DNA of 64,000 nt, taken from assembly GCF_001949145.1 (NCBI RefSeq), contig NW_019091361.1:3187854-3251853 (forward strand), given 5' to 3'. Made by a program: the position numbers and the translations under genes. This document shows positions 12,357 through 25,915 of this stretch, in pieces. The notes beneath the pieces were generated by a model that saw nothing but the letters and a program-made list of their open reading frames with translations, did no database searches and had not been told where the DNA came from. Position 1 is the first letter of the stretch. Each line of letters opens with the position of its first letter. This DNA is from Acanthaster planci (lineage: Eukaryota).

Positions 12357-15300
12357 TTGTGTGTGTTTTTTTCTTTCTTTTTGGGGTTTGTTTTTACTTT
12401 ACCCCAAGGTACGCTTTCTGTTTGTTCTCAAACAAACCCTTCAGTTGTATTGATCATTGTGATCAAAAGGGTCACGTGATTACGTTGCTGAGCAAAGCAA
12501 AATGTGGTAAGAGTCCAAGAACTGAATTAGCCGTACAGCCCCGTTGCCCTGGAATCCAAGTCCGAGTGATATTACCTGCCACAACGAGAAAGTGATCGCC
12601 CAGCGACAGATTGCGAAGCTAACCCAAAGTTGACCCCATCAGCTTCCCATTGTGTGACGTCACACTTGTGCGATGGCGTCATTTCCGAAGTTATAACTCA
12701 AATTTGGATGCTGGGAACACGTGCTGCGTTGTGTATTGTACCACATTCTCTGTGTTTAGCCGTGGTAGAGGTCTAGGGTTTGTGTGTTTTTATGTGTGTG
12801 TATTGGCGTTGGGTTTTAGTCGGTGTTGGATGTTGTAAATGGCCACTTCGAGCTCTGGGCGTAGAGGGAGCACCATCTGGTCTCGAACCCCCACCTGGGG
12901 AAATTCTATCAAAAGTGAAAGAAAATCCCTTTTACCAAAATAAGACTCCTCAATTTGCATGCACTGTCACATGTGTTCATTATTGAAGGCGAAGGTTCAG
13001 TCATGTGGACCGAATCACTTTTGGCTCACGTGAAGCGTCTTACTGTGTGAACCCCATTGGCTTTCACAAGTGCCTTGCAAATCTTGCAACTTATTGCCTC
13101 GACATGCGATACCCTAACACATCAAAGCGGGATCTTTAGGGGCTTGCATTTGGGGGTTAAACCCACTTTGTCATTCGTTCACCGAAAAAAAGAGGTTCTT
13201 TTTCCCCACTCACTCGCTCTGTGCCATCTCAAGTTGCATTATTTTCATTGGTGGTTGGAAACTTCTATCAAAATTTCTTGTTGTGGGGACTTTTTTTCAT
13301 ACATTCATTTCTTGACATCCGTCACCACCATTTTTTCCAATTTGCATGATCCATTTTGTCGGGAAGCCTGGTCACACTTTTTGTTGCATGTCACTCACTG
13401 CACATCTGCATGCATGTCTAGCACTCAAAGAAAAGTCATCCGACTAATTGCCAAAACTGATTTAGATTTTGGGCAATAATCTGTCGTACACCCAAAATAA
13501 TCAAAATTTGGCCACTTTGCATCCCTGTCAGAACTTCATGACCGTCGACCCCGATGTTGCTCTCTGGCTTGAGGCTCTAGGTGGTCTTTCACCCACACAT
13601 TTTGGAGAATCTCATAGAGAAAAAGCTGGGAAACCCACGTTCACACCCACCACCATTTTTCACTTTATGTGTACATTCACTATGTCTGCTAGATATCAAC
13701 TGAAAACCACACACGGATTTGAATGATAACTGGTCCGCCGTTTGTCCCACCTCGCTTCATAGTCTTTTCTATCTCTCTTTATACCCTCTCTGTAACCCCA
13801 TGTGCATTTGATGGACACTCTTTTCTCCACTTTATTTTTTCATCACGCTCCCGCCCTCTTCTGCAGCCATTACTCGTGCGCGCTTCCCGGGCAGAAATGG
13901 CCATGTACACGTCCAAACCTCCGGTGTTGTACGTACATGTAGGTATTTATGTACAGTAATCAAATCACCTCAACTTTTTTTTGTTGGAAACCCGTCTCTC
14001 CCTCCGCCGATGGCGACTCTGGAGCCTTAATGTGTATGCACTATTCATTCGCCTGGTAACTCCAGTGAGACGGACAAAAAAGTTGTTCGGCAGTGAACTC
14101 GAATCGCTGAGCACTTTGCATGGTGCCGAAGGAGAGCACATTGAAGACCTCTTTAACAGTCGAAAGGCACTGAACTGTCCCGGATGATAAAATGGAACCT
14201 TTTGCTTCATTAGAAATATGGATAAAGAAAAAGAATTTATAACATCAGTGTGAAGTTAAAACTCAACCCTTACAAAGGACAGGTGATATGTCAGTCGCGT
14301 CTTGAGGTCATATGCGGCAAAATGATATAAGTATAAAAAAATACGGATTTATTCGACGAAGCCCTGGGGGATAACGGTCAAAATGGCCGACGTCCAAAAT
14401 GCCTGCCATCGGGCACTAGGATAACCAGTCGGCCAACACACCATTGAGCACAGGCCAAAAACTGACTTCAGAGAACGAGTATTGCATACACATTATGACT
14501 CCGAATCACCACTAGTGAACGCATGCTCGGTTGTCTGCATGGTGAATGTTTAGAGAAGATTTCGCGGACTTGTTGGTGAGATTTCGTTGTACAGTTCGCT
14601 CTGACTAACATGCTATTACTGTGAGTATCACGATTGTCTGTTTTATTTCGTGGACCTTTTCAAGTACAATGTTTACATTCTCATGTTCTCAGATAAATAT
14701 TCCTCAAAATGTATAAAGAATTAATGAATCATTACAGGAAGAATTTTTCTTCTAAAAAATCTAACTACGAAGGTATCAGCGTTGAATTTCATATCGACTT
14801 ATCCATCCCTATATGCATCAGTATTGAGTAAGACCAATCCGGGTAGCGCAATAATCTCACATTCGTATCCGTAGCTGACCTTATGTCTCTGTGATAAACG
14901 CATAAAAGTCAACCCAGTCCTGCTCCAAGATTTATCACGGGGTAACATTCTCCCTTAAGCGTTTACCAAGTCCAAACGAAACCGCACACAGCCTATTAGA
15001 TGACAGTCGATGGGGGATATATCGGTCTGTAGACTTGACTTAATTGTTCAGTTTAAACCACATGCCTGCATTTGTTATCATAATTTTGTCTGGAGATATT
15101 TTTACAACCTTGCTGTCTTTGTATATATAGGTCTGGTAACCCAATCATGGTTGGCAATAAGTGTCTCCACTTAATTTTGCACGTCAATGGTGCCATCCTG
15201 GTTGTAGTGTAAACTCAAAGACTAACCCTTGAAAACAGCCTGGATCTTGTTGAATTGTATAAGAATCATTACAGAGACGATTATAAGAAAACATATTGTC

Positions 15301-15390
15301 AGCGGCATGATGTACTACAAAAGCGAAATCTTTCGTTTCTAGTGTCTTCTTGAAAGTTTCAATTTGATCATCTCACAAGAAACGCTCTCA

Positions 15391-15502
15391 GGCCGAATCA
15401 CTTGGCTGCGGCTTGTCACTACACAAGACTCTATGTGAAGTGGCTGCAGCCACAACCATAGACTCGTGTAATTTCAAACCACAGCCAAACACGGACACGG
15501 CC
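15391..15502. mobile_element. PIF/Harbinger-like fold-back MITE, 112 bp, TCA target-site duplication
   Basis: GGCCG...CGGCC termini flanked by TCA on both sides. The element is an imperfect palindrome centred on GTGGCTGCAGCCAC, and shares the terminus GGCCGTGTCCG with 62694. Confidence 0.7.
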
Positions 15503-17505
15503 TCAGCAAAATGGCTCATCACTCAAACCGTGTTGATCCTACAGGGACCGAGTATAAGATGAGATACAGAATCACACACTCCTCTAACAAGATAAATGAA
15601 CTTCTTGGTGACACCACTTTGATACCACTGATTGCCGTCTAGTTTGATCTTTATCACGCCTCAGTCGTCTATTACTGCATAGGTGGCGCTGTGTAGATGA
15701 TAGCGGCCGTGTGGCCCAGTGGATGCATAAGTCGGCGTCCTATTCACTTTGCTATGGCCAGAAATGATATTTATGCATCTCCAAAAAGTGCACGAAGCCG
15801 CCAGCTGGCGGATTTCATAGATGATTGTGTTATTTCAAGCCATAGCCAACTAAAATAGACGCTGTATTGGCTTATTAAAGAGCTATAGGACCACGTACGT
15901 GGGCGCAAGACGTACACAGCGCCCTACCACGAGTGGTTTTTAACGGCAAAGGCGTATTTTATCCCATTGTTCGTAGGCCAACAAATTTCCTGACATTAAA
16001 CCTGGCAATAGCAGGCCCAGTGACAAACAAGTAATGCAGAGAGCCGCCTTTTTGTGCAAAAACATGAGTGATTTGGCAATGTCTCGATGTCGGGGAACCA
16101 GATACCGCATGACTGCAGTTTGATACAGGTTTGCATTGAGGGTTCGCTGTATGCCCAATGACATTACGTGCATGAACTCAGTATTGACGACTTGTGCCAA
16201 AACGTATCACGTGCAAGTATGGCACTTTGCCTGCACGTTCAATACCTGACTTGACGCGGCCTCCATTTTTCAACATCAAGTGTTTCTAGTTTTTCATCTA
16301 TTAAGTTGTATTTCTTATTAGTTGTTTTGGTGTGTTTCTAATTGTTTTTACGTAACGATAGTCCCAATGTGTGAAGAACATACCTTTGCTCAGTGACTGT
16401 TTTGTGAAAGCGTTTGTTGCATAAACGATTGAAATTTGTCTTTTGCATGGTGATGTAGTTTCATTTCATCTCATGCATGTGCATTGCATTCAGTTTGTTT
16501 TGTTTAACAAGACCTCAGAATCACTACAGAGGGTTTCCATGGCTGCAATCTTGCAGGCCAAAGCTTTTGTTTCACAGGGTATGCACAAAGGACGTTTACC
16601 CGTAGAACAAAAGAACTGCCCTGCAAGATGGCTACCATGCAAAGCCTTTATTACATGTACTTTAACAAGTAGTACAGTCCACACGGCTGTGAAGCGACAC
16701 TCGGGTTTGCATTCGTCTCATGTTTTTGTATCATTAATTTGCTTAGGCCTAGAGTGTGTCCTTTTCATTGCTTTACTACTTTCACATTTTTCATCCAGTT
16801 CTTCTCAGTGACATAGTTATGGGAGATGGGTATCTATACACGTTCCTGGTATGCCCCAACGCCTGCTGGCAACAGACTTACTGGTCCATTTCGTTTTTTG
16901 TTTATTAGAGCATAAGGACCGACGTCTGCTGCCACCAAGAGTTGCACCGATATTTTAGAACTGAAGATAAGGATCACTGCGATTTCTTAAGAAGGGATTG
17001 TTTCATGTCTTCACTCATATCAATTTCTTACTCAGAATGTGAAAGATTGCTACTTTTAAGCAGCTGTTACATATGCAGTTCATGTCCTTAGCGAGTCGAG
17101 CTCAACCGCTGTTTTCCGCTCGAGATTGTCTTCTGTGCAAGTGTCAACATGACATCTTCAGATCTTGATGCATTGTCCGATGATTTTTGCGCCCAGAACC
17201 TGTTTGCCCAAGCGAGCGCAAAAATAATACGCTGTTCGTGTGTGCAGATCTCTTTGAAGTTGATTTTGCTGCCTGGAAAAGGCGCGGATGCATTCGGCCC
17301 GTCTGTTACGTGATGTTCTGCCTGTTTTTGTCAATTCCCCATTGAATGTGAAGAGTTGGCCCTCACAGAGCTGATTTATTCATACTGGCACCTGAAATCG
17401 TCTCTTGGCCATCACACACTTAGAACAACATTGCATGAATCTCCCCGCTGGCCATTTTCACTAACTTCTAACGTTTCCGTGTGTTGTTCTTTTCCGTCCC
17501 TGCAG

Positions 17506-18054
17506 ACGCAGAACGTAATGTTCGAAATGGTGTCTGACATGCACGCCTCCCGGTCGGGCATCGACGAGAGGGTTTCGCGTCTGGAACAAAAACTAGAACG
17601 CTTACAGACCACCTTGGAGGACCTGCCGCAGATCCTAAATTCATTCCTTGAAAATGCGCAACAGCAAATGCTGCAGTCGCAACAACAGTACCTGCTCCTG
17701 CAGCAACAACATATGCAGCAACAGCAACAACAACCACAGCAGCCACAGCAGCCAACGCCAAAGGAAGAGCCGCCGCAGCGAAGGCAAACGTTGCAGGTGC
17801 AGAAACACGTGGAGGAGAGTCCGCCATTGGTGCACAGTTCGGGGAACCCGTTCGTGCTGGAGGTGACTCCGGATTCGACGGCGCCCTCCGAGCCGGCCAA
17901 GTCTCTTAGACTCCGCTCCTTCCCCGCGCAGGGAGCTTCAGCGTCGTTTGAGGAGTCCACATTGCGCCGAGATCTGGAGCGAGAGGTCGAAAGGTCACGC
18001 GCCTACAGCAGTCCCGACGTCAGCAACAGTAGAATCCCTAATGCTCACTGTTGA
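17506..18054 (+). CDS. KCNN: SK/KCNN channel last coding exon (coiled coil, polyQ tract, disordered tail)
   Basis: Branch point CTAAC and TGCAG acceptor end at 17505. It reads TQNVMFEMVSDMHASRSGIDERVSRLEQKLERLQTTLEDLPQIL, matching the SK motif [44 protein letters not shown]. TGA stop at 18052-18054. Confidence 0.92.
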   Translation, partial: TQNVMFEMVSDMHASRSGIDERVSRLEQKLERLQTTLEDLPQILNSFLENAQQQMLQSQQQYLLLQQQHMQQQQQQPQQPQQPTPKEEPPQRRQTLQVQKHVEESPPLVHSSGNPFVLEVTPDSTAPSEPAKSLRLRSFPAQGASASFEESTLRRDLEREVERSRAYSSPDVSNSRIPNAHC

Positions 18055-18420
18055 ACACTTTTCATCGCCTGTATAATCCATAACAAAGAATGCGCCCATT
18101 GATGAGAGATGCCCAAAGTTGGTGTATCTTGGGTAATGTCACGACGACATATTGCTGACGAAAGTAAATCATGAAGATAATAATAAACTCTCTTGACAGC
18201 TGTGGGTAAATGGCACTTTTCCCTTCGGTATGAATGCGTGCTGTATGGATCAATCCATTCTCCTGGTGTATCGTAAACTTCATAATGAATGCTCATAATG
18301 GATGACTGCCTCTCATTGGCAGACAGACTTTGGCGGAATTATGGCCGCTTCCGAAATTTTACTTGGCTACGGCTATGGGCTTACACATGCATGTATGGAA
18401 AATGCATGTCTGAGGCCTTT

Positions 18421-19158
18421 GAGTACCGAAGTGTGACGTCACTGTGAACTAGAAAGTGCAGTGCAAACGAATAGAGTACGCACGCGTGTTGGTTCACACA
18501 CTGGTTCTCGCCGTAATGCCTTTTAGTCACAGAGTAGTGCCCGTGACTTATTCACTCCAATACTCTATGGTCGAGTTCGGGGTCCGTTCTTGACACGCGT
18601 TTCGTCTTCTCGCGCTCGAACGGCGGGAACACGACCGAAAAACGCTGTTCTCGGGAACAGGATCACATACCACCTCCTCGTCCGGATTTCACTCGAACAC
18701 ATGGAAAAACTCGTGAGATTTGATTTTTGAACAGCCGCAAAAAGTACCGATATGGCTTTAAAAAGTCGAAGACAATGGAAAGTTTGCAAAATTAACATTA
18801 ATAATTTTCCATGACAGAAATGAATTTTTTAAATGGAAAAGAAGTTAGCCCAGTTATCCAACATTAACTCTCGAAGAATGTACAAGGACGCTGCCATGTT
18901 GCATGTTGCTTGCCACAGATAACTACCAGCGCTAATAACCGGTTGTACATTCCTGGCGTTCGAGCGAACGACCCACGAACAACAAATCGAGCTGTTTCTG
19001 AACAAACGAGAGTATTCATAGGTATTCATAAGTGAATACGCGCACAATTGTCTGTAAAAGGCATTAGGCGGGAACCAGCGCGCGAACCAACAGGCGTGCG
19101 TACTCCATTCGTTTGCACTGCACTTTCTGGCTCACAATGACGTCACACTTCGGTAATC
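18421..19158. mobile_element. Composite fold-back element: two inverted copies of a ~145-bp MITE flanking a ~445-bp core, downstream of the SK stop codon
   Basis: The arm GAGTACCGAAGTGTGACGTCAC...GAGTACGCACGCGTGTTGGTTC...TAATGCCTTTT is inverted at 19010-19158; related units at 25814-25915 and 61915-62059. Confidence 0.8.
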
Positions 19159-19185
19159 TATACAGCCCAGGCCGAGGATTCGGAG

Positions 19186-19467
19186 CATGGGTGGATCCTT
19201 GGGGAAGGCGGTCCATGTCCGGGGGAGAGGGTCATACCCCCCTCCCCCAAAAAAGTAGGAGCCACATATCTTTGGGTGGTGGAATGATTAGAGAAAGGTG
19301 AACTTTTGGTCTATTTTATCCCCATCCTTCAGAGAACATGTAAAAAAAACCTTAAATGTAGCCTGACCCCTTAGAGAGGCCACCAAACGCTACATGAAAA
19401 TGCCCGATCCCCCCTAACAGAAACCCACAGTTTTCGTCACAAAAATTTGGTTCTGGATCCATCCTTG
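19186..19467. mobile_element. hAT-like MITE (CAxGGxTGGATCC termini)
   Basis: CATGGGTGGATCC ... GGATCCATCCTTG, with 8-bp flanks ATTCGGAG / AGTTGGAG (6/8 match); a related terminus lies near 30197-30209. Confidence 0.5.
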
Positions 19468-22400
19468 AGTTGGAGAGCGGCCTGTGCACCACACAGACAA
19501 AGCATCATGGGGGAAATTCTACAGAACGGAACGTGTGCCCTCGTTCCCAATATGAGGCAGTATCCGAATTCCTTGGGCGACCACTACCCGGTAAACTCGT
19601 ATAATTTCAAGCCGCAGCGAAGCAATTCGGACCCAGTCTGACTGTGGTGTGCTAGCATGGAGAAGTGCCGCCTGTCATGCGTGGTGCGCAAATGTCGAAC
19701 ATCAGCATGTTCCTTTTCCAGATTTCGTGGGGTAAGATTGGACATCATGGTTTCAGTTTACTCGTGCAGGCTTTATGTACGATTGGTTAATAAAACTGGA
19801 CAACGTGATGTTTGTGTAATTCCAAAACACTAAAACCTTACTCAATTGTACGGGTTTTTCTTGACTATATTTACTGGGAGTCGGTGTGTAGTGAACATTT
19901 GTAATACTTATTGCGGGGCCACGTTATATTTGTCCGCATGCACACAGCCTTCGGTTTGTTTGTTGATAAATGGAATGCTTGGCTACAGTGTATTGCTTTT
20001 GTGCACAGCGCAGAAATACAATGATTGTTGCCCTTTAATTGACGCCGTGTGAATTTCTGTGGCGAAACCATTGCATGCAAATGTTACTGTACGCGCTCCA
20101 GTTCTCAGTGGGCTACATAACGGCATGGTATTCATGATCCACTGGTTGGCATATCATTAAACAAAATTGCCGGGGACGGTAGATTACATAATATTTGCGA
20201 AAGTTCGAATTTATTTTCTTTGAATACACCTAAAACCACGCTCTGAAAATTCACGTTTATCTTGTTAGGATAGTCGAATTTCAGTAACGTTTCGGGGATT
20301 TTTGCAGCAATTAGACATAACAGAAAGTAAGCATTAGGGCCTAAACTTTTTTTTCGATTTTCTTTTCCAAGAATACTTGAAACGAAATTAATCCACGTGG
20401 TACTAGATGGAAAAAATCCAAACTGAGTAAAGGGCGCACTTTTCTCTATTTGATAGTTCAATTTCATACTTCAACTAGTCGTTCTCTTTACTAACCAAAG
20501 ACTAGAATATTGATTCTGATATATTGATGTATACCATTTCTGCATCTTATTATGGAAAACTCATACGGTTCATATAGAGGCTGTATAGCATTTGCATCTT
20601 CCATTGTTAAATTCTTTGCTCTCTTAAAGGAAAAGTTCAAAACCTATGCACATGTTTAAAAAAATAATAAAAATATTGTAAAATAAAAAGATTTGATTGT
20701 TATAGTGTACGGTGGAACGTAAGTATATACATGCCGAATCTGTACATGTATATTCGTTTTACGGGTGAAAACCGAACAAACTTTTGGATTTTTTGTCGAA
20801 TAGGTGTATGACTATCTCTCAGCATTTTACAACAGTTTCTTAAAGGAAAACGTGCGATTTTGTAAGCTTTATAATGAGTGAAATGTCTTTCTCCCTACGG
20901 ACTGTTCTGGCGTTATATAAAGGATACCTTTTTGGTGACAAAGATCTGTTTTTGACTCGTACGTACTATGTGACGTAACATTACGTCAGACAAACGTTTA
21001 CCAACGAACTGTTGACGTCACAGTAATGTGGGTATGGCAAACATTATGCAAAAAAGGCTTTGGTTGGGTTGGAAGGTCAAACAGTCCCATTAGAAAAGAC
21101 ATACCGATATGGAGACTGACAGACGGACATGTGCCTCTGATGTACACATTGCGCACAGACTTGACTCAGAATAGACGTTACTGACAGACAAACACAGATG
21201 TGGACGGACAAAGTCGACCTCAACTGTTACTTGTATACTGTGATAAAGCGGAGGAGGGTAGCACATTCCTTGTTTGTAGATTTAAATGGTGTTAATTTTT
21301 TTTCTATGTATGTTGCTGTGTGGTTTGAAAGTAAGCAAAGGAAACAGTAACCGAGTTTACCCCAAATTCATAACCTACAAAATGCATCTAAAAACATTTC
21401 TTTTCATTTATTTCCCGAGTATGATAGAAGACAGCAATTTTTATAAATGCATGCAGTTTTTGTTTCAGAATGTCTTTGCTAATACGTCGTCATGTAAATC
21501 ATTTTTATGATGAAGCAAGTTTGTGGTATTTTAGATTTTTAACCGGGCGCATCATGGTATGTATTATTTGCATCATTATAAGTGACAGCTCTGTTTTAGT
21601 CTGTGGCTTTTTTTACCTTTTCCAAATATACCTTCTCCTTTCACTTGAGGTTTTTCTTTTGGAATCAACCGGGTTCCAGGTTCCCACTGGTTTCGCTTGT
21701 GTTTGCATGACCAACCATCTGAGAGTTTTCAAGTTCAAATAAGTCGTCACTTGTACCAGAGATCCAACGCCATTTGTTGTTACGCCCGACAATACGCAAA
21801 GGATACCAGGTCACGGAGTCAGTGACGTGTTTGTTGCTATTTGAATCGGACACGCTATGTTTGGCTGTTTCATTCAATAAGGGGCAGTTTTCACATCAGT
21901 ATATTTAAATCAGGAGCAACATCCAAATCAGAATTTACTTTGATAATTTGACATGCTGGTTCATTTGCACAAATTTGAATGCGAAGTAAGGTGACGTCTT
22001 TATAAAAGCAAAATGCTCTGGTAGGTTATGTAAATGTCATTTGTTTTCACGGATGGAATACAGCGTAAAAGCACTGTTTTTTTTTCTTCAAATTAATGTT
22101 TCCTTGTGTATACATGTAATGGGTGTTCCGGCTGAAATAGTTCCCTCGTGGTTACTACAGTTTTTGTCATCAATTGTCACGTATATGTATATACGCATAA
22201 ATATATGTATATACCAAAATGTATAGAACTCTACAACTCCTTATTTTCTTCGCTATATATATGTATGTATGTATATATCAATTGTACATACATATTTATA
22301 TATGGAATGTACGATATATGTGCCTTCATTTTATAATCTTGCTGGATGACGTTATACACGATTTGAATTGCAAAGAAAGTTATTAATTGTGGCATCTATA

Positions 22401-25055
22401 CCGTTCGTGGTTTGGATTGTTTCAAAATACGATTTCACAGCTGAAGTTTTCAATTATATAGTGAATAATTTGTTGCATAAGACGTCAGTGCTTAATAAAG
22501 TGGAGCCTGTTTGACAATACTTCATATTCAAATCACTTTTCTGCACAACCTCATTCAGGGAAACGTGGATATTCTTTCTGGTTCATGCTTCTTTAACACG
22601 ATTGTGTAACCAGTTGGGTTTCATTAGGTAAAGCCGTAAACAGAGAATTTTTGGTGACAAGGTGGTTTTGAAATTTTCCCCAAAGGTACGGTCCATTTTG
22701 TGTTTGATAATGCAATATTGGTTTGGAACACGTCAAAAAAGGAAGGACCGTCAAAAATAACTCAATTGGTCAACTCCACGCTTTTGAAAAGGGTCCGAGG
22801 GACCCATTAGTTATCAATTTTCGTTTTCGCAATTTTCAAAATCAAATTGTGGTAAAAGCGAATTAATTCAAGTCCACGGTACACAGTTTGGTTTGAACAC
22901 TTGATTTTTATTATTTTTCTTACTGTACTTTACTGTTATTACACCCGTTTGGCATTCACTGTTGTATCATTCGTTGGCTCAAAACGCTTTACTGCACCCA
23001 CAATATTATATTCAGGCAGCTTAGCGTTGTTAACCGTGTACATTGCTGATCTTTTGTCTATACACTATACACGCAAGGGCGGTGTACTGTTAAAAACTGT
23101 GTCGACCAGGTGACTTGGTCTTAATTCGGTGAGTAATCTGTCCCATTAATTGTGTATAAGCTTAAAAGTACGGTCCATATTACAGGCGAACACGAAAGTG
23201 AAGCGAGTTTTATGTCATGAAACATTCGCAGGGAGATTCAGTTGGGTTGAAATGTGTTCAACTCTTGCGATTTGGCAGCGCAAATATTTGATCAGGCGTT
23301 ACATTTTGCGTTCGTGTTCGCTTTCACAGCAAGTATGTTTCTATTTACCACGGTGGTATCACGTTTACTTTGAACTACTGTATGTGAATTATTTTCAGTG
23401 ATCGATATTACGACAATATGGTAGTAAAGTTTTTCGTTTCTTCCTGGTGAAGGACTGTTAAAATATCCCGCCATGCATTGCGAGACAATAAAGACAGTAA
23501 TACTTGACCAGGCTTTGCGACGTTACCTTAAGGATTATGACACTTTCTTCCCTTTTCCTTTTGGTGGCAGTGAAACAGATCACTGATACTAAACATTCGT
23601 AATTTAAACATGGTACATAATGGCCCTGTAAACTTCTGAATGACTGTCATGTGTTAAATAGGTGTAGGATTACCTGGAGAATAGTGAAACGCAATGTGGG
23701 TGCAAATGGCATGCCAGCCATTCAAATCCAAGTGCTTTATCAATTATCAAATCCTGAACTTCACAATACAATCTATATTACTGTGTGCCACTCTACCTGG
23801 CCCTCCCTTCAGAATTACACATCAACTTAGTATCGTTGCAGTAAGATTTACAGACATCTATATCAGTGATGGAACAGATTAAAGAAAATACCTTTGTAGT
23901 CTTGATTTCAGTAAACCTCCTTGGACTACTGACAATGCATGGCGGGAAGCCACGTGACCTAACTTTGATGTTACAGACTACTCGAGATGATTCTTTTTGT
24001 AAATATTATACGTGGTGCCAAGAATATCATTATTAAAATTACTCATTATTGTTATCATTATCATAAATCATCGTCGTCATCATCATTATATAAAATGAGG
24101 ACAACTCATTTGGGTATGTCATCTTTTTAATACAGTACTTTTTAGAAAAAAAGTGCAAGTTTTCTGGTGTTTCGTGTGTTTATTTCCGAGGTGTTTTGTT
24201 GTCAAGGTAATCCCGTACCAGGAGAGTTTCATCGGCTGACGAACAACAGACTCTTGAACTTTTCTCGCTTAAAAAGCCCTAAATGTTTCAAAATCTGCAG
24301 ATTTTCAATTCTGTACAAGAGAAGGTGCGGAAGTAACGGTTGTAAGGATTTTCACTTTTGGGTATAACCGAAGGGGCTGGTCTTTGGAGAAATAAGTGCT
24401 TCGGGTACAGACTGTTCCGATTATCCAAAAAGCAGTTCTCTACCCAACCAAGGGAAATGAAGTTTTTAGAATTTAATGTCTTGTCTGCCTCTCTTTACAT
24501 TTTGAAAGTGTACATAGCTTGACCTTAGAAACTGTCTCATGGAAAAAAATGCTAAACTTGATTTTCAAAAAGCTAAATGCAAACTTGTTTCTATCAGTCT
24601 TGCGTTCTGACCCTTATGGGGCATATAATAATTATCACTTCAAACCTCATGCTCCCTGGAAAACCTGGCGAGAACCAACAAGCCTTTCGCGAGTTAAATT
24701 TGAAAAAAATCTTGCACACTGAATCATCTCAATTTGAATGCACCAAACTGAAGACACTGTTGTTATAACTCTTGATTTGGGTAAGCTTTTGCATAGCGGC
24801 TACCATCTCTGGAATGGACTGGTTCCTTGTGCCCTTCTCATCCATTTAAAACTGTGTTGGTGCGAGATGTTTCTTTAAGTAACTAAGCAAAAGCTTGCAT
24901 GCCCGGTGACTAAGTATTGCAACAGTGTATTTAGTATGGAAAATTTTAATTGCTATGTTCACATAAATTTGAATAACTCAGTGTACCACATTTTATTGAA
25001 ATTTAACTGGAAAAAGTCTTACTCCAAGATGTGCATGTACACATTCGTTATTGCA

Positions 25056-25280
25056 CTTGAGCAGAAGCACCCGCCCCCCATTGGTTGAAAGGAGCTGCGT
25101 TGGTCGGGAGTGTTCGATTTGTTGGTAGCCTTGCGACGGTGACGTGTACATTTCCTTAGCGTTTATGACACCAGCAAAGTTCAGTTCTGGCCATTGATCT
25201 CCATTATAGAGACGGTTCTAACCAAAGAAACCTCCACTGCTTAGAGAATAGCACCCTCTCTTGGTCCAGCTCGGGGCCCA
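25056..25280. repeat. Dispersed repeat shared with 46622-46785
   Basis: Both copies contain CTTGAGCAGAAGCACCC...GGTTGAAA.GAGC...TTTGTTGGTAG...CCTCC..TGCTT...CCCTCT.TTGGTCC in the same orientation. Confidence 0.65.
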
Positions 25281-25371
25281 ATGGATACCGCTACCATCGC
25301 CAAGACGATGGGTTAGGATTCCCTCAGAATTAATTGTCATAGGTTCCTGCGTATAGGCCATACAGCCATAA

Positions 25372-25406
25372 CTAGAGCGCTAACTTCTCATTCTCCGCGT
25401 GGAGAA
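25372..25406 (-). mobile_element. Possible Helitron 3' terminus
   Basis: On the minus strand, the hairpin TTCTCCACGCGGAGAA lies 15 nt upstream of CTAG, which is followed by T. Confidence 0.35.
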
Positions 25407-25813
25407 AATTTGACGCCGTCCTGGGCGCAGATATTTTGAATCCATGTGCGTGCGAATTATGTATTCTATATGCATTAACGCGCAAGTACAACATGCGCAA
25501 ATGTAAGTGCGTCTTTTTGAATAAGGCGCACATGTACGGCACATATTTATTTACATTCATAGCTGATTATTTGAAGCAAAATTTGCCCTAACATTTGAGC
25601 AAGGTCGTTTGATGGCTGTCTTTCGATGAATAAGTTCAGCTAGATAAAAGTCGTTCCCTTAATTCAGTCAGTGTAAAACGAGTTGACGGCTCTGGAGCGG
25701 CGGCCGTGTCGAAAGTATCTGGTACCGATAAAATCCGATTGAAAACAACATGGTAAAATTCATATGCAGTGCATATGCGCATGCGTTTGTATTGAAGGTG
25801 GGAGTTTGAAATT

Positions 25814-25915
25814 AAAGGCATTAACGCGAGAATTAGCGTGTGAACCAACATGCGTGCTTACTCCATTCTTTTGCACTGCAATTTCTGGTTCACAGTGACG
25901 TCACATTCGGTACTC
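25814..25915. mobile_element. Partial copy of the GAGTACCGAAGTG-terminated MITE family
   Basis: Reverse-complement match to 18421-18525. Confidence 0.75.

Noticed and set aside
14595..14620. 26-nt micro-exon (CAG...GTGAGT) in the SK intron
   Set aside because: Its length shifts the frame, and combining it with the 13867 candidate exon gives a stop; no other support.
17412..17960. Cys-rich or Leu/Ala-rich ORFs on the minus strand (metallothionein-like appearance)
   Set aside because: They are antisense shadows of the CAG/CAA polyQ tract in the SK exon.
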